DNA from: Priapulus caudatus
Taxonomy: Eukaryota
Direction of reading: 5' to 3'
Assembly: GCF_000485595.1 (NCBI RefSeq)
Contig: NW_014577082.1
Location: 252,597-307,139 of the forward strand
DNA: 54,543 bases
Below the pieces are notes generated by a model. The model saw only the letters and a list, made by a program, of their open reading frames with translations. It was not told where the DNA came from and did no database searches. Positions 39,916 to 52,809 of the stretch are shown here, piece by piece (position 1 is the stretch's first letter; each line of letters begins with the position of its first letter). The position numbers were made by a program, and so were the translations under genes.

Positions 39916-40574
39916 GCTGAAACCCGCCGCCGAAGCTTATATTTCGCTTTCGCCAGACGGTCACCATTAACCAGACGCTTTCCTGAGCTTCTCCAGGGAA
40001 ACCGTCAAGGAGAAACACATATTCCCTCTATTCGATATTCATTTTTGTCTATGCGTCTGAATCTCTTGCTTGCCCTGAAAAGTATAAAGGAATGATTGAG
40101 TGGTGAACTCGGTGTGCCTCGTTTCGCTCCCGTATATATATACAAATTACTCGACAAAAAGACGAGGTTTTTTTGCCTTTACGATCGGCAAATTGCGGTC
40201 TTTGCCGTCGCAATAACGTTAAATATTATTTATTGAACGTTTCAGTATAAATTACACACGGCATTGTCGTCGTACGGTGCTTCTGCGTGCCTGAATATCA
40301 ACTCACCGACTTTGCCAACTCATCCGTCGTAACTACGAGCTGTACTTCTCACAATTTTTCAGTTTCTTAATTTGCACCTTCTCTAGTCTGCTTCCTGAAT
40401 TTCTCGACGAGGTACGTCTGTACGCGCTGTACGAAACACGGCCATGCCATCGATGAGTTGGAGAACTACCGTGCGCGCCTCACTCAATACCAACACCATC
40501 GGCATAATCATCGTCGTCGTCGTCGTTGTTGCTAACACACAACAACCACAACGACGACGACGGCGACAAAGACC

Positions 40575-40608
<34 letters not shown>

Positions 40609-41822
40609 CGATGACGATGACGATGATGGACTGAGAAAGCAAGCAAACTGTGCACACAGGTGTTTAGGTCGCTGTTATCTTCGGTAAACTCACATGTCTG
40701 TATCTGAACTGTGTCAGATGAGTGCTGTTATTCGGCTATCGGGAAAATCGACGCGTTGCGTTCTTTCAGAGATGTTAACTTTAAAAACGTTGCGATAGAA
40801 TTTTTACTTTTATTCTTGTCGGTTCTCTATGTCTTAATGTTGCTACTGAGTAGTATTTCGCTTCTGTGTTATCCCGATGTGCTATAAGGTTCTTCATGTT
40901 ATTCTCATAATTATTAATAAATAATTATAGAAGTGTTGACAAACGTATGGCGTTTCGTGTTCGTGGCGTTCGTGGGGTTCGGGCGATCGGCGAATCCACG
41001 CCCTAGACTAACTAGTATATTACTTATATGCTTTCCGTGCAGTGGAGCGTCTACATACTCCAATACATCGCGTTTTGAGATCCGTAGGGTGTAAGTTACA
41101 GAATGGACTACGCCAGCAGGCATTTATTGTCAGGTTGAGGCGCCGTTACCAGCAGTACAGCTCAAAACCATTTTCCATTGGGGACTAATTCCATTCTAAG
41201 CTAAAAAAAGAAAAGAATAGTCAGTCGGAACTACTTCGGATAATTTATTATAGATATCATAGGCTGGAATACGCGTGACACAACAATTACTTAAACAAAC
41301 TTCTAAATACTTTACTAAATACGTAAGATGGCTTTATGCATACGCAATGTCTACGGATTAAAAATCCAAACTTTGCTCGAAAATTTTGCAAGCAACGTGA
41401 TGTACATTTCTCATAAATTCACGCTGGTCACACGTAAACACAGTGGCTACATCGCTTGGCAGAATTACACGGTATTTCCACAAAACCAAATTCACTTTTC
41501 ATGTTTTCTATACTTCTATGAGGCATCTAGCCGACGTGTACAATGCGGATTACTACACTCTAATGCCGAATATTACCGCACAATAATGGAGAAACTGCTT
41601 TCTTACAGGGGCAGTGTACAATTATAGTAGTGAACAATAGGCGGAAGGCTACTGCTGCGTGCCACCTTCGACGAATAAATTGTACCGTAGGAGTTAACAT
41701 GATCTGACGCTATTCAAAATATTGCGTTTAATCGGGCTATGACGACGCTATTCCTAGAATAACGTCAGATCATAAGGAAAAAAAATTAGGTCACACTTTT
41801 TTTTGGTCTATAAGCCTCGCGT

Positions 41823-42840
41823 CTAGGAATCGGTAGCGTCCATGCTGAACACTTGCGTGTCGCTGTCCGGTTTGCAGCGGTCTGTACCGCAGCAGAGCAC
41901 CCGCCTGTACGCCCTGCGGAACTTGGCGCTACGCAGTGCGTAGATGAAGGGGTTGCAGAAGCTGTTACAGGTGGCAATAGTTGCCGGCACGAGAACATCG
42001 TACCTGCAGAGAGCAGGGGGCCGTTTTCAGAAACATCGTGAGGTTAAAACCCGGCGCACACGTCAGCAATTTAACTCAGTAAAATTTGAGTAAAATTATG
42101 CATGCGTCAAAATACTCAACGTGTGCGCGCTAGCTGTGTAAATTTACTCAACACTGGTACTCACAGCGCATGCGTTTAAATTATTTTAAAGATGGCTGCG
42201 CCCAGTATTGGCTGCGCACAGTCACGTGATCTACATTACCACTTATACATTGAGTAATTTTACTCACGTGTGCGGCGGACGCTGAAAATATTTCGCGTGA
42301 GTATTTTGACGCATGCATCATTTTACTTGAGTAAAATTACTCACGTGTGCGCCGGGCTTAAGACCAATGTTAAGACTAATTTTGTTTTTGACAACATTAT
42401 TCAAGATATGCAGATGCTAGATCAATATTCTGCGTCGATACTCACGCCGTTCCGATACATGAGTTCATCCTCAAATATGATCGGCGCATACTAACTAAAG
42501 AACACAACATGTGCGGCGACGCCCACAAAAACAACTTTATGTTGCAGTTTTGATGCTCGCAATGCAGGCGTCATATGGAAAGATCTTAGTTTAAAGCTAA
42601 AGCTAGCTGAATTTATTTAGGTGTAAAATGTGTGAGGTGGTATAATATCCGGACGGATCCTGATATGTCAAGTTTATATACACATGTAAATATACATTAC
42701 CTGTGATCGCCTGCATATATAAAGTTGAGGAATCGTATGATTATCATCGGTGCCCAGCTCAGCACGTAAACGATGACAACGATAGCGAGAGTGACAGCTG
42801 TCTTCAGTTCTCGGTAGCGTTTCTTATTGGCCCGTGCGTC
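41823..42840 (-). CDS. Class A GPCR, TM6-TM7/C-terminal exons
   Basis: Exon 42840-42701 (RELKTAVTLAIVVIVYVLSWAPMIII, TM6 WxP) joins in phase 2 to exon 42003-41823 (CNSFCNPFIYALRSAKFRRAYRRVLCC..TDS*; NPxxY, helix 8, CC palmitoylation site). Canonical splice sites. Confidence 0.88.
42048..42358. mobile_element. PIF/Harbinger (Tourist-like) MITE in GPCR intron
   Basis: TAA|AACCCGGCGCACACGT ... ACGTGTGCGCCGGGCT|TAA, with long imperfect TIRs including atgcatgcgtcaaaatactca / tgagtattttgacgcatgcat. Confidence 0.7.
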
Positions 42841-44374
42841 CTGAAATTACATCGTGTTTAGATGAAGAATAATTGAAAGTAAAATAATTACTTAATGTTA
42901 AATTAATTATAAATGAATATGTAGAATGAAGTAGGTAGTATGATATCTTATTTTAATAAAATAGGAAATGAATTACACTTATTCAAAGTTGTGCTGCTTA
43001 CAAACATGCCTGCAGGCCCTCGCAGGAAAACAGGCTGTTCTCTTTAACGTTTACACCCCACATTTCATTACTGCGAGGGCTGTTCTCTTTAACGTTTACA
43101 CCCTACATTTCATTACTGCGAGGGCTGTTCCCTTTTACGTTTACATTCCCACATTGCATTACTTCGACAGTTGTCTCTTTAACATATACGCCCTGGCTTG
43201 CCATTTCTGCGAAGGGCTTTCCCATTTAACTTTGACATCCCTGCGTCAGCGTTAATCACGTGTGTGTCACGTGCCTGATGACTAATCAGGATGCGACAGG
43301 TGCGGCGTGACATAATCTAACGGGTAGTGCGAAACATTGAACTCTGAGCTATTTATTTATGAACATAAAAGAAGGTGGGACGGACACAGAGTCGGACCAC
43401 ACGGAGGTGTTGTGTGAGGAGGAGATACGGCCAGAGGTAGTTAGCTGTATAGCTGAGCAGCGCTGCGACGTATTAATTAAGCGGTTTATTGTTAATTACG
43501 TGTACATACTGTAATAAGAAGCAGCCGATGAGTAGATGTGCTCTAGCGTCGCCCGGGCTGCCTGGCCTAAACAAGGTAATAGCCGACGGACCTATATATA
43601 TATGTTTTTTCATGCATGATCAGTCTAGGTTAGCCGGGCATCGTAGTGATGGGAATGCTCTGCACACGCCCGCCCGCGCGGTAGTGCGGTTAAGTGGACC
43701 TAGCGCGCCATCTGGCGGAAGAATCAAGTCCGCTTCATATAGTGCAGTAAAACACTCACAACTGAATCTATATATAAACGATTATATATTTATTATTATT
43801 ATATTAATTCTCTATATTTAAAGGAACAGTAGCCTCTAGGTTCTAGGGTTATTTTCAGCTAATTTAGGTTATAATTGCGCTACATAAAAAGTTTCATGGT
43901 TCAATCACCATTAGAAATATTTTTTTTTAATGTTTTAAAACATAATAATAATTTCTATATATAATCATCACCAATAACATCAACAACAATGAAACGCTTC
44001 TATTATTTCTAACTCACAGTCGCACACGTAGGCCTATAGCCGACGAACCGCTCCCCACAACCTTTATCGCAGCACACTCAGACGCCCACCAAAGTAAATT
44101 GGCGCCGTTAGCCTCCCTGCGCCCGCATGACCAGGCTTCTGTCACGTGCGTGTTTAGTTGTCGATACATCAATGAGATGCCTGCATCAATCCACGCGTAC
44201 TTCAGTCACTGTCTACTGCTGATTTACTCAATCACAGCAGGTGGGCGTGCGGCGGAGGACGGCACGCGCATGCGCGGCTAGCATCTACACGCTCTGCTGT
44301 CGCCCCGCGCCTCTCGACCTAACTTTGTCGCTTCACGATTTAAATTATGAGGAGGAGGAGGAGGAGGAGGAGGA

Positions 44375-44407
<33 letters not shown>

Positions 44408-46125
44408 TGATGATGAGCAGTAGCAACAACAACAACAACAACAACAACAACAACGAGGACGATGACGACGACGGCTCGTCGACTAACAGAATTGAAATAG
44501 ATACAGACATTTAGCACTAATGGCAAGACATGGGGGACAGCGATTTTTCCGCATTTATATGTTTTTTCCATTTCCCTAATCTGATTATATGAGTGCGGCC
44601 CAATCTACCTTCCGGCTACTGACCTTGCGACGCTAAGCGTGACAGGTAATAAATTAACAATTCCCAGAATTGAAGATGAGAGCACGCATGCATGCTTACA
44701 CGCACGCACGCACGCACACATAGGCCTACAAGCATACCTGCAGACATGCACGCGCGTACACGCACGCAAGAATGTCGATGCGCACTGCCAAAAAATAGCA
44801 TTATATACGCCTAAGCAAAGGAGCTAGGTGGCGTTCCTCGTGTATAATTCTCGGGGTTTCGTTTACGGTCAGGCATTGTACGCAGAGTTAAATATTTTTG
44901 CCGCATTTAACCATGGGAAAAATAATTTTCAATACGATCGCCAACCATAGACGCTGCTACTCTTGGAATGCTCTCGCACGTCGTAACTTTCTCTTTCTTA
45001 AATAGACGTGCGTTACGTTTGCGTAACGTTACGTAGCGTTACGTTACGTTGCGCTACGTTACGTTTCCCATCAAAATATCGCGAGGGAAAATCCGCCCCG
45101 TGAGGAGGCGCTCTCGTCGTGACGTTTCACCGCAGCTATTGACTCACTCGGCATACGACAACACAACGGTCGTATCGCCTAATTGAATAATATCTACACG
45201 TGTCGGCAGGTAGCGTTGCTGCTGTTATTTATATGAGCATTGGCTTTGTTTGGCGAGGCTATTTTATTGCGTATTGCCAACAATAAACGCGATGAAATCT
45301 GCAGTATGGTGGCACAAATGGCCATTAAATTATTCACTAATGTATGAGGGCATACTTACCACCAATTGTATTTTTTCTCTGATAGACCGGGATATGGTAG
45401 CTGGGAATATGATAACCAACCGGGCCACCGTATTTCAGTGCTCACACTCGTAAATAAGCTGAGCAATTATCTATGGAGGGGCGATACTTTTCAGAAAATA
45501 GTTCGAACCAGGCCAACTATCTGCCAGAAATCTATTCACTAGAAGAGACGGAGGTAGCATGCAGAGATGATAACAATTTAAGAGGAGGCAGAAGGAATGC
45601 GTGGCGGAGATGGAGGATAATTAGGATATAAATGGAGGCGACAGTAGGATGCGGAGAGGTAAACACAAAGAGTAAGGGGAATTTTTACATTTTCTTATAG
45701 GCTTTCTAAGCGTGCAGGCACACTTTCTGGCAAAATTCATTATATATATTTATTAATTTACGAACAGGTCATTAATTTGTTTTTAATTTATTATAATATA
45801 TTATTATTATATTTTTTATATAAAACACTAGTTACACAACTCACCTCGCGAGATTTCTACTAACATCAATGCTGTAGAAAGCATGTTTTAGAGCAATGGA
45901 AGGTCTCGTGTGGTATAATAATCTGTTACGATACTAACTATTTCAGTAAATTTAGAATGATAACTCAATTTGTTATGCATATGTATAAACAGGGAGTAAA
46001 ATTACGGCATAAATATAATCCTCCGGGTACACTTTAACGTGAAGCACGCGCAATTATCGATAGCAAAAAACTGCATGTAGTTTAATCAACGTTTATGCAA
46101 ACCACGAACATAAATTATCACGGCA

Positions 46126-47258
46126 CTAGACTCGTCTCTCCTGTCGCTCCTCTCTGTCGTACGGTTCTCCCGGTGGTCGTATTTCTTCGGAAACTATCAC
46201 GCTGTTGTAGACGCCACTAACCAGCGTTAGCGGCACGTAGCCTGTCCGCGTCAGCACGAACGGCACGAGAACCGGTGTCGACCCGCTTCCACGCGGCGTC
46301 ACGTCCCGGTCAGAAAACGCCGTCGGGAACGCACCGCGTAAACAATATGGCGGCCGCTTGTGGGGACATAGGCTGTGGGATTGTGGTAGAGAGTTCGTGG
46401 CGGTGGCTAAATTCGCAGCGTCCTTGTCTGACGAGTGCAAACTCGAAATTCGCGTCAGATCTTGTGGCGATGGCACGGCGGTGGTACTGAGATGGTGGAG
46501 CTCATGCGAGTGATCGCTTGTCGCGGTCGGAATGCCGTGCATCGAACCATTGTGTTCTGCAGCTACGCGCGCTCTTTTCCTGAATTATAATTACAATTTA
46601 AATTTTATTATCATTTTTCTTAGAAGATCTGGATTAACTATAAATATATATTTATTAAGATATATTTATTATATTTATTGTAAGTAAAAAATAATCTTGT
46701 TAATGAAGTCTAAATATCATCAATGTCGCAGTCGAGCAAAGTCGTATAATCTGAATGAAAATATCATCGACGTTGTCACGTGAGAAACTACGATCGATAT
46801 TTCCGTAGTTCAAGAAAGAATCAAAATCTGTGTGTGCGTTAGACCGAATAATTCTGTCCCATATAATCTTTTTTATATTTTGGTGAGGGTTATATTGGAT
46901 AAATAAAATATATAAATATAACCCTCACCAAAATATAAAAAAGGTTATATGGGACAGAATTATTCGGTATATGTGTGCGTATGCGCGCTAACTATTGCGT
47001 GTGCGTGTATGGTTGGCTATTGTACTCAGAAATAATTACTTTTACCGCGGTAGAAATAACTCAACCGTGGTTCAATTATTGCCCTTTTACCCAATCAGAG
47101 GTCTTGCTACACATAATTTAACAGCGTTTTAAATATATATGCGGTTGATTTATTTCTACCACGGTAAAACTAACTATTTCTGAGTACGACGGCCAACCAT
47201 ATGCGTGTGCATGCGCGCGTATGTGTGTGGGTCTGCGTGTACGTGCGTGTGTGTGTGT

Positions 47259-47296
<38 letters not shown>

Positions 47297-47323
47297 CTGT
47301 GTGTGTCGTGTGATGTGTGTGTG

Positions 47324-47355
<32 letters not shown>

Positions 47356-47357
47356 TG

Positions 47358-47406
<49 letters not shown>

Positions 47407-48110
47407 GCGCGTGTGTGTGTGATGGAGAGTCAACGAAAGATGTGTGTCAGCTAGACGGAGCTAGCCGCGAATACCTTGATCGCCTAATGACGTTTCCTAT
47501 GCGTTCGTGATGATTCCTCGTAAAATGTGGATGCTGGAACTTTAACACGTCAACGTGCCCGACGCTGATTTCTTCCGCCATCTTTTTAAAGCCGTACAAG
47601 TACATCTTTCGTACGAAGGTAATCAGTTTTCCGCTGCCGACGAGTTCGGCAGGGAAGTCCTTCGTGGACATCTTTTCGAAAGCATCGACGTCTATGACGA
47701 CGTAACGGCCAGAGCTGCTCCAGCGAAGACATCGTTCTCTAGAGCCGTCCTTCTTGTACGACAGCATTGTCCACAGCTTCTCCGGGAACGTGGCCATCTT
47801 TGCCGCAGCGCGTTTCGCTACTTCTATGTCGATGACCAGAGGAGATGCAGAGGAGTCGTCATCGGTCGATATTCTGTCGTCTTCAATGGTCGTCGACTGT
47901 CGCATTTCATCATCAGAAAGTTCGGTTTTCATATCTGCTGAGCGAGATTCGTTAGATTCCATCTCATCTGTGCGCTAAATCTAACAAAAGAAATATCAAT
48001 GGTTATCGTGTAAACAACGCGTTTATTAATATTTCGTGTTCGTGTGTAATATTTAACGCGTTGAACTAACCGTTTGGTACCGCCGGTTCCTGGATAGGAT
48101 TATTGCACAT
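46126..48110 (-). CDS. HSF-type DNA-binding-domain protein (HSF5/HSFY-like architecture), about 328 aa
   Basis: Exon 47967-47475 has FPEKLW..LRWSSSG..F..FVRKMYLYGFKK..FQHPHFTR..IRR. Its phase-2 donor (AG|GTATTC) joins in frame to exon 46579-46126 (KRARVAAEH.., stop TAG). Tentative first exon 48110-48071 (MCNNPIQEPAVPN|GTTAGT). The three exons total 987 nt = 329 codons. Confidence 0.82.
46840..46971. mobile_element. Foldback MITE with 9-bp TSD (Mutator-like) in HSF-gene intron
   Basis: Near-perfect hairpin accgaataattctgtcccatata..ggtgagggttatatt / aatataaccctcacc..tatatgggacagaattattcggt, flanked by TGTGTGCGT at 46831-46839 and 46972-46980. Confidence 0.75.
47205..47420. repeat. (GT)n/(GCGT)n microsatellite
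   Basis: Direct inspection. Confidence 0.9.
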
Positions 48111-48139
48111 GAGCGTACGTGTTTCTATGTTTACGGCCC

Positions 48140-48265
48140 AACAAACGGTTTCCATAGGCAAAGGATATAACGTAGTCGTTATGGAGACGTTCGCAGTTAG
48201 TGACGCATGGATTGTTCAGTTTGTTTCGTCACTATGGAAAACAAACAATGCAAGTGACGTCAACC
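48140..48265 (-). promoter_or_regulatory. Putative promoter of the HSF-like gene: CRE and RFX X-box-like motifs
   Basis: TGACGTCA at 48255-48262. X-box-like GTCGTTATGGAGAC 48175-48188, GTCACTATGGAAAAC 48228-48242 and GTTTCCATAGGCAA 48148-48161. Confidence 0.3.
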
Positions 48266-49079
48266 ATTCATGCTCTACGATAGTAACGGCAACAGTGTAG
48301 ATCGATTGATACATTAGAACGTTTCAAAAGGTCAGGCTAAACCGTACAGATGTTAGTTGTATTCATAGATATATACAAATACAGTGTTTGTACATATGAT
48401 ATCCATGCTGTATTATAGAGCATAACCAGCTATTATTATCGTGCAATGAGGATACTGCGTACCCGTGCGAGAGGATAGACGTGGCGGGAACAGAGACAGC
48501 CAACTGATGAAGCACTTGGAATTTCAAGTTGAACGCTCTAAAATTCGAGTCATGCCTCGGCCACTGTTGACAGTGTTGTTTCCATTGTTGTTGCTGATGT
48601 TTACCGGTCGCGCTGATGTATCAGAACCATTTAAAATCGTGATGTTATCACGACCGCCTAATGTGCAGGTCACCACAATGCTCCCACAAATGTTTGGCAA
48701 TTAAAGCAAATTGTTAGTCGTCTAGGCTCAATATAAACCAGACAGAAGTGATCTGACTTTGTCACAACCTGTCAACACACTCGTCTACGGTCTATACCAT
48801 CAGTCAACCCGCCGGCTCAACTCAACCAAATGAAATAGCCCCCCCCCCCTTCGCGTAAGCTGTTGTGTAACTTGTTAAGGGCGGCTACTTGTTGCAACAT
48901 ACCAATAGTGGGGTATGTGGCTTCATAATTACATAGTATAAGCTATGTATATATGAGTATATACTATATGAGTATATATATAAGCTATGTATAGTATAAT
49001 TATATGTAGTATAATTATACTAACCTATGTAATTACTATTGTCCACGATTTTTTTCCTCGGCATATGTGTATCGATGAA

Positions 49080-49291
49080 AACACTTGTGTAACGACTGTG
49101 CTCTGCAACACTACTCACACAATCTAATGCTTTTCTGCATACTAAATATAGTATCTTGAAAACCTCATTTAACCATATTTCCTATGGCCTATTAATTTAT
49201 AACGTTTAATATATAGTTTAAAAATTCTACATTATTATAAATTTATAATTAAATTGTTATAAATTAATAGGTCATAATTTACCTATTAATT
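49080..49291. repeat. AT-rich MITE-like repeat, with related pieces at 53323-53790
   Basis: 49187-49290 is repeated directly at 53323-53430. 49090-49170 is repeated inverted at ~53515-53790. Confidence 0.6.
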
Positions 49292-49402
49292 NNNNNNNNN
49301 NNNNNNNNNNNNNNNNCTGAAGGCATAATATATTGTTAATCAACACAGGGCAATCCACATTGTTAATTTCAGTCCTGTCACAGGGCGATGCATCATACGT
49401 AC

Positions 49403-52400
49403 CCCTCTCTTCCATGTCTTGCTTGACCCGCTCCAGCTCCTCAGTGATCTCCTGCAGTGTCTGGTTGCGTTCAGTCACGCCACCGCTAGCCTGTCGATAT
49501 TTCTCCTTCGTTTCGGCCAGCTTGTCCTGCAGAGTCCTGCGGCACGGTAAGAGTAGCCAAGATATCACTTGCATGGAGGAAACATGTAATTGTGTGCATC
49601 GGGGTTGAGAAGTATGAATGGGCGTCACATTTTACTGCTTAACCCCATACGTAAAACTATGTCGTGCGCGTGTATAAAGTCACAAACGTCACAGAAGCGC
49701 ATTTTTGTAACGAAGAAACGACAACTCTGATAACTCTAGGCATTCATCGATAAAACTTGTAGTGCATGCATGCACCACTTTGCCTGTACACACCCTACGG
49801 AACTTCGTAGGTACTGCCTCCTTCCAAGGCGTAAATATGTTAGTGTGAATTGATGATACAAGAGTCTTACAAACACGCGCCAGAGGTGGGAAATGAGTAG
49901 CAGAATCTCTGAGCACCTGTATTCCAGCAGAAAGTGCTCAAGCTGCGTGTTGATGTACTTCTCACGACTCGAAATCTTCTCCAGTGTGCGGCTAATCTCC
50001 GAGTGCAGCTTGTCTAGATAGCCCTTCGTTTCTGCGAGTGTGCTCTCTATACCGTCCCTATGCTGGTGCATCTGTGTAGGTGAAAGTATATATAATCCGA
50101 CGAACACCGACGTGAGACCGCTGATCAGCTTATCAGGTGTTCTGCCACGAATATTAATTCTCATCATAATCGTTAATCAAGATAACAAGCTAGTGCCGAT
50201 ATGTGGACGCTTATGTTCTGACTACAGTTTACAGCATGTACTGTCAACCACTGAAATGACGAAGTCACAGACTAGCCAAGTCCTAAATTTCACATGGTTA
50301 TTCATTGATGGACAAAAAAATAGTCCTGAGACCTGACACAAATAAATGTTTTAAAGACAATCGAACAAAAATACAATACAAATAATTTAACAACTTAGCT
50401 AAATAAAAGCGACAGTGTTCATCACAGACACTAAAATTCATGAAAACGAACAGAAGAATAGTATAGGGGCTAAGATACAATAAAGCAACCACAAAAGATA
50501 ACCATGATCACTAACAGCAGTTTAATAGATTTCAGCTTATAGCTAGCAAAGACAGGCCAGGTATGATTTCGCATGACCTATACGCTAACTTCTACAACAA
50601 AAGACAACATAGCGCAAGCTTGAAAACTCATACCTGCTCTAAATGACTCCTCCAGTCCTTATTGTCGGTGCGAATGTGAACTTTCAGTGACGGCAACACC
50701 CTCTCCACCTCCAGCTTCCACTCTGCAGCATCTGTGACCGACTCGAGAATCTCCTCTGGCTTATTGTGATCCATGTCGTTTGCCTGGTTCAAACCTCGTA
50801 ACGCATTCAAGTCAAGAATACTCTCTTCTTCTTCCAAGTCTTCCTCTTCTGCCATCTGATAATTGAGAGGTAACGACATTTGCTAGACTTGGATGCAGGG
50901 ATTACAGACACTATCCAGTTTTTTGGCCAAAAGTAGAGAATCCTAGATCTACCATGATAGAAGCATAACTATTAATACAAGCAAATACTGTCAAACACAT
51001 ATATACAGGTTATTTTATAAAGTATTACAGGAAAGGGAGTTCAGAATAAGAATTAGTACCCTGCACTCAGAATCCACAGGATACGCCAATGAATGTAGAA
51101 ACCCACACACTGACACACACCACATCACAAGCTTAGTGGTCATAATTCACAAACAACACGTAGGCAAACTTACGTACTGAAGTTATCGTAATGCAGGGTA
51201 TTACTGCACAGGTATCGTGCGGTACTGTATGGGTTGGATATGACAGAAAAACCATTGATTGCACGCATTGATTGCATTAGTGCTTTAGTTTCAGTGAAGT
51301 GCTTTAGTTTCAGTGAAGTGCTTTAGTTTCAGTGAAGTGCATTAGTTTCAGTGTTCAGTGTCAAGCATGAGCGATTCGGCTTACCTCCTCTTCCACCTTG
51401 TTGAGTGTAACTTCTGCATCATCACCTGTAACAATCTCCTCTTCTGCTTCTTCTGTTGGATACACAGGCTGTTTCCAGGTGTGGTTACTTAGTTTGAGGG
51501 CTTCATTTGCTAGTTTGTCTAACACCTGTAACCAAGTAAACATGTGTGTGACTGTACAATGTCCATCTCTTCTTGTTTATTATGAGCACTGTTGTAATTA
51601 AATTTTTCGATTCATAAATTCCAATCGCATGCACAGCTCACTCAAATTACCTAACTTTCTGGTGTGACTGACAGGCAGCTCTAGCCAATCAGCACTGTGA
51701 TAGGACATTCTAAAAACAATGCTCATTAACATTGTGCTGCGATGTCACCACTTTAGTGTGCACATGCGGCAAACATAGCTCATAAATCTGGCAAGCTTGA
51801 CCGACATAGCAACAACGCAAGTGGTCATGGTTACATTACTCATGCAGATAAATCAATTATCAGGAACTAGCCGAGCACCGTGATATCAATACACATTAGG
51901 TAATTTGTTTCCCACACCATTCCATGTTTGTTTTCCTCATTTTAAAGTTACGTTTACGTTTGCGTCCCCAAGGTAACTCTAATTTAGGCGCAAATCCACT
52001 TTAGGCACCTTAGGTATCACGAAGTGATGCACAGATTTCTGTGTATCATCAACTGATGCACAGAATTTCCGTATATCAAGGAATGATGCAAAATCCCTAC
52101 CCCTAACCCTAACACCATTCGTGATACCTAAGGTTATACTTTATGGCTTAGGGTTAGGGTTAGGATTTTTGCATCATTCCTTGATATACGGAGTCTGTGC
52201 ATCAGTTGATGATTCACAGAAATCTGTGCATCAGTTGATGATTCACAGAAATCTGTGCATCACTTCGTGATACCTAAGGTGCCTAAAGTGGATTTGCACC
52301 CTAATTTATTACAATTAGACATTGCATAACATTCATGATGAACAAATATTAACATAAACATACCCCTGCCTAAGTGATGCCTAAAAGTCATGAACAGAAG

Positions 52401-52809
52401 AGGATTTGGTTACCTGCACCACCAACTCTCCATATCCTGACTTCAACTTGCTGGGGGAGAATGAAATACTATGACCAAGATTTCGCAGTTCCGCAAGAAT
52501 GTCAGCTATTAGATTATTAGGATCATCATCTTCTGATGGCTGTGGAAACTGCTTTCCACACATTCGTATCAACATGGCCGCAATCGAAACAAACATAAAG
52601 AACTGCTCTCCAGGATTTGTCTGTATGACAAAATAGTGTTTTGAAATTGGTTTCAGACCAATATGCCTGTTTTTAGTCACTTCGGTCTCATAATTTAATA
52701 TTTTTAGCTTTTCCTGGAGCTCCTCCATTGTGACAAATATCTGATACACCGCGCCTGGTCCTCCATCTTCCATATCTGCTGCATCTTCTTGTCTGCCATG
52801 GTCTGTCAT
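49403..52809 (-). CDS. IFT57: Intraflagellar transport protein 57 (IFT-B; Hippi), 3'-partial
   Basis: Exons 52809-52414 (GPGAVYQIFVTMEELQEKLKILNYE..HYF..TNPGEQF..DDPN..PSKLKSGYGE), 51525-51385, 50855-50634 (DAAEWKLEVERVLPSLKVHIRTDNKDWR), 50071-49917 (HQHRDGIES..LEKISSREKYIN), 49536-49403 (GGVTER..EELERVKQDMEERG). All GT-AG and in phase. Final exon not found; N-gap at 49292-49316. Confidence 0.95.
51987..52300. mobile_element. Palindromic MITE with 8-bp TSD and internal telomere-like repeats, in IFT57 intron 1
   Basis: CTAATTTA|GGCGCAAATCCACTTTAGGCACC ... GGTGCCTAAAGTGGATTTGCACC|CTAATTTA. Arms about 130 bp, ending in CCCTAACCCTAA / TTAGGGTTAGGG. Confidence 0.8.

Noticed and set aside
39909..41851. 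13-nt identity TTCAGCATGGACG at both the GPCR start and its C-terminal end
   Set aside because: Several 13-mer matches are expected by chance in a 54-kb window; not enough to infer a mechanism.
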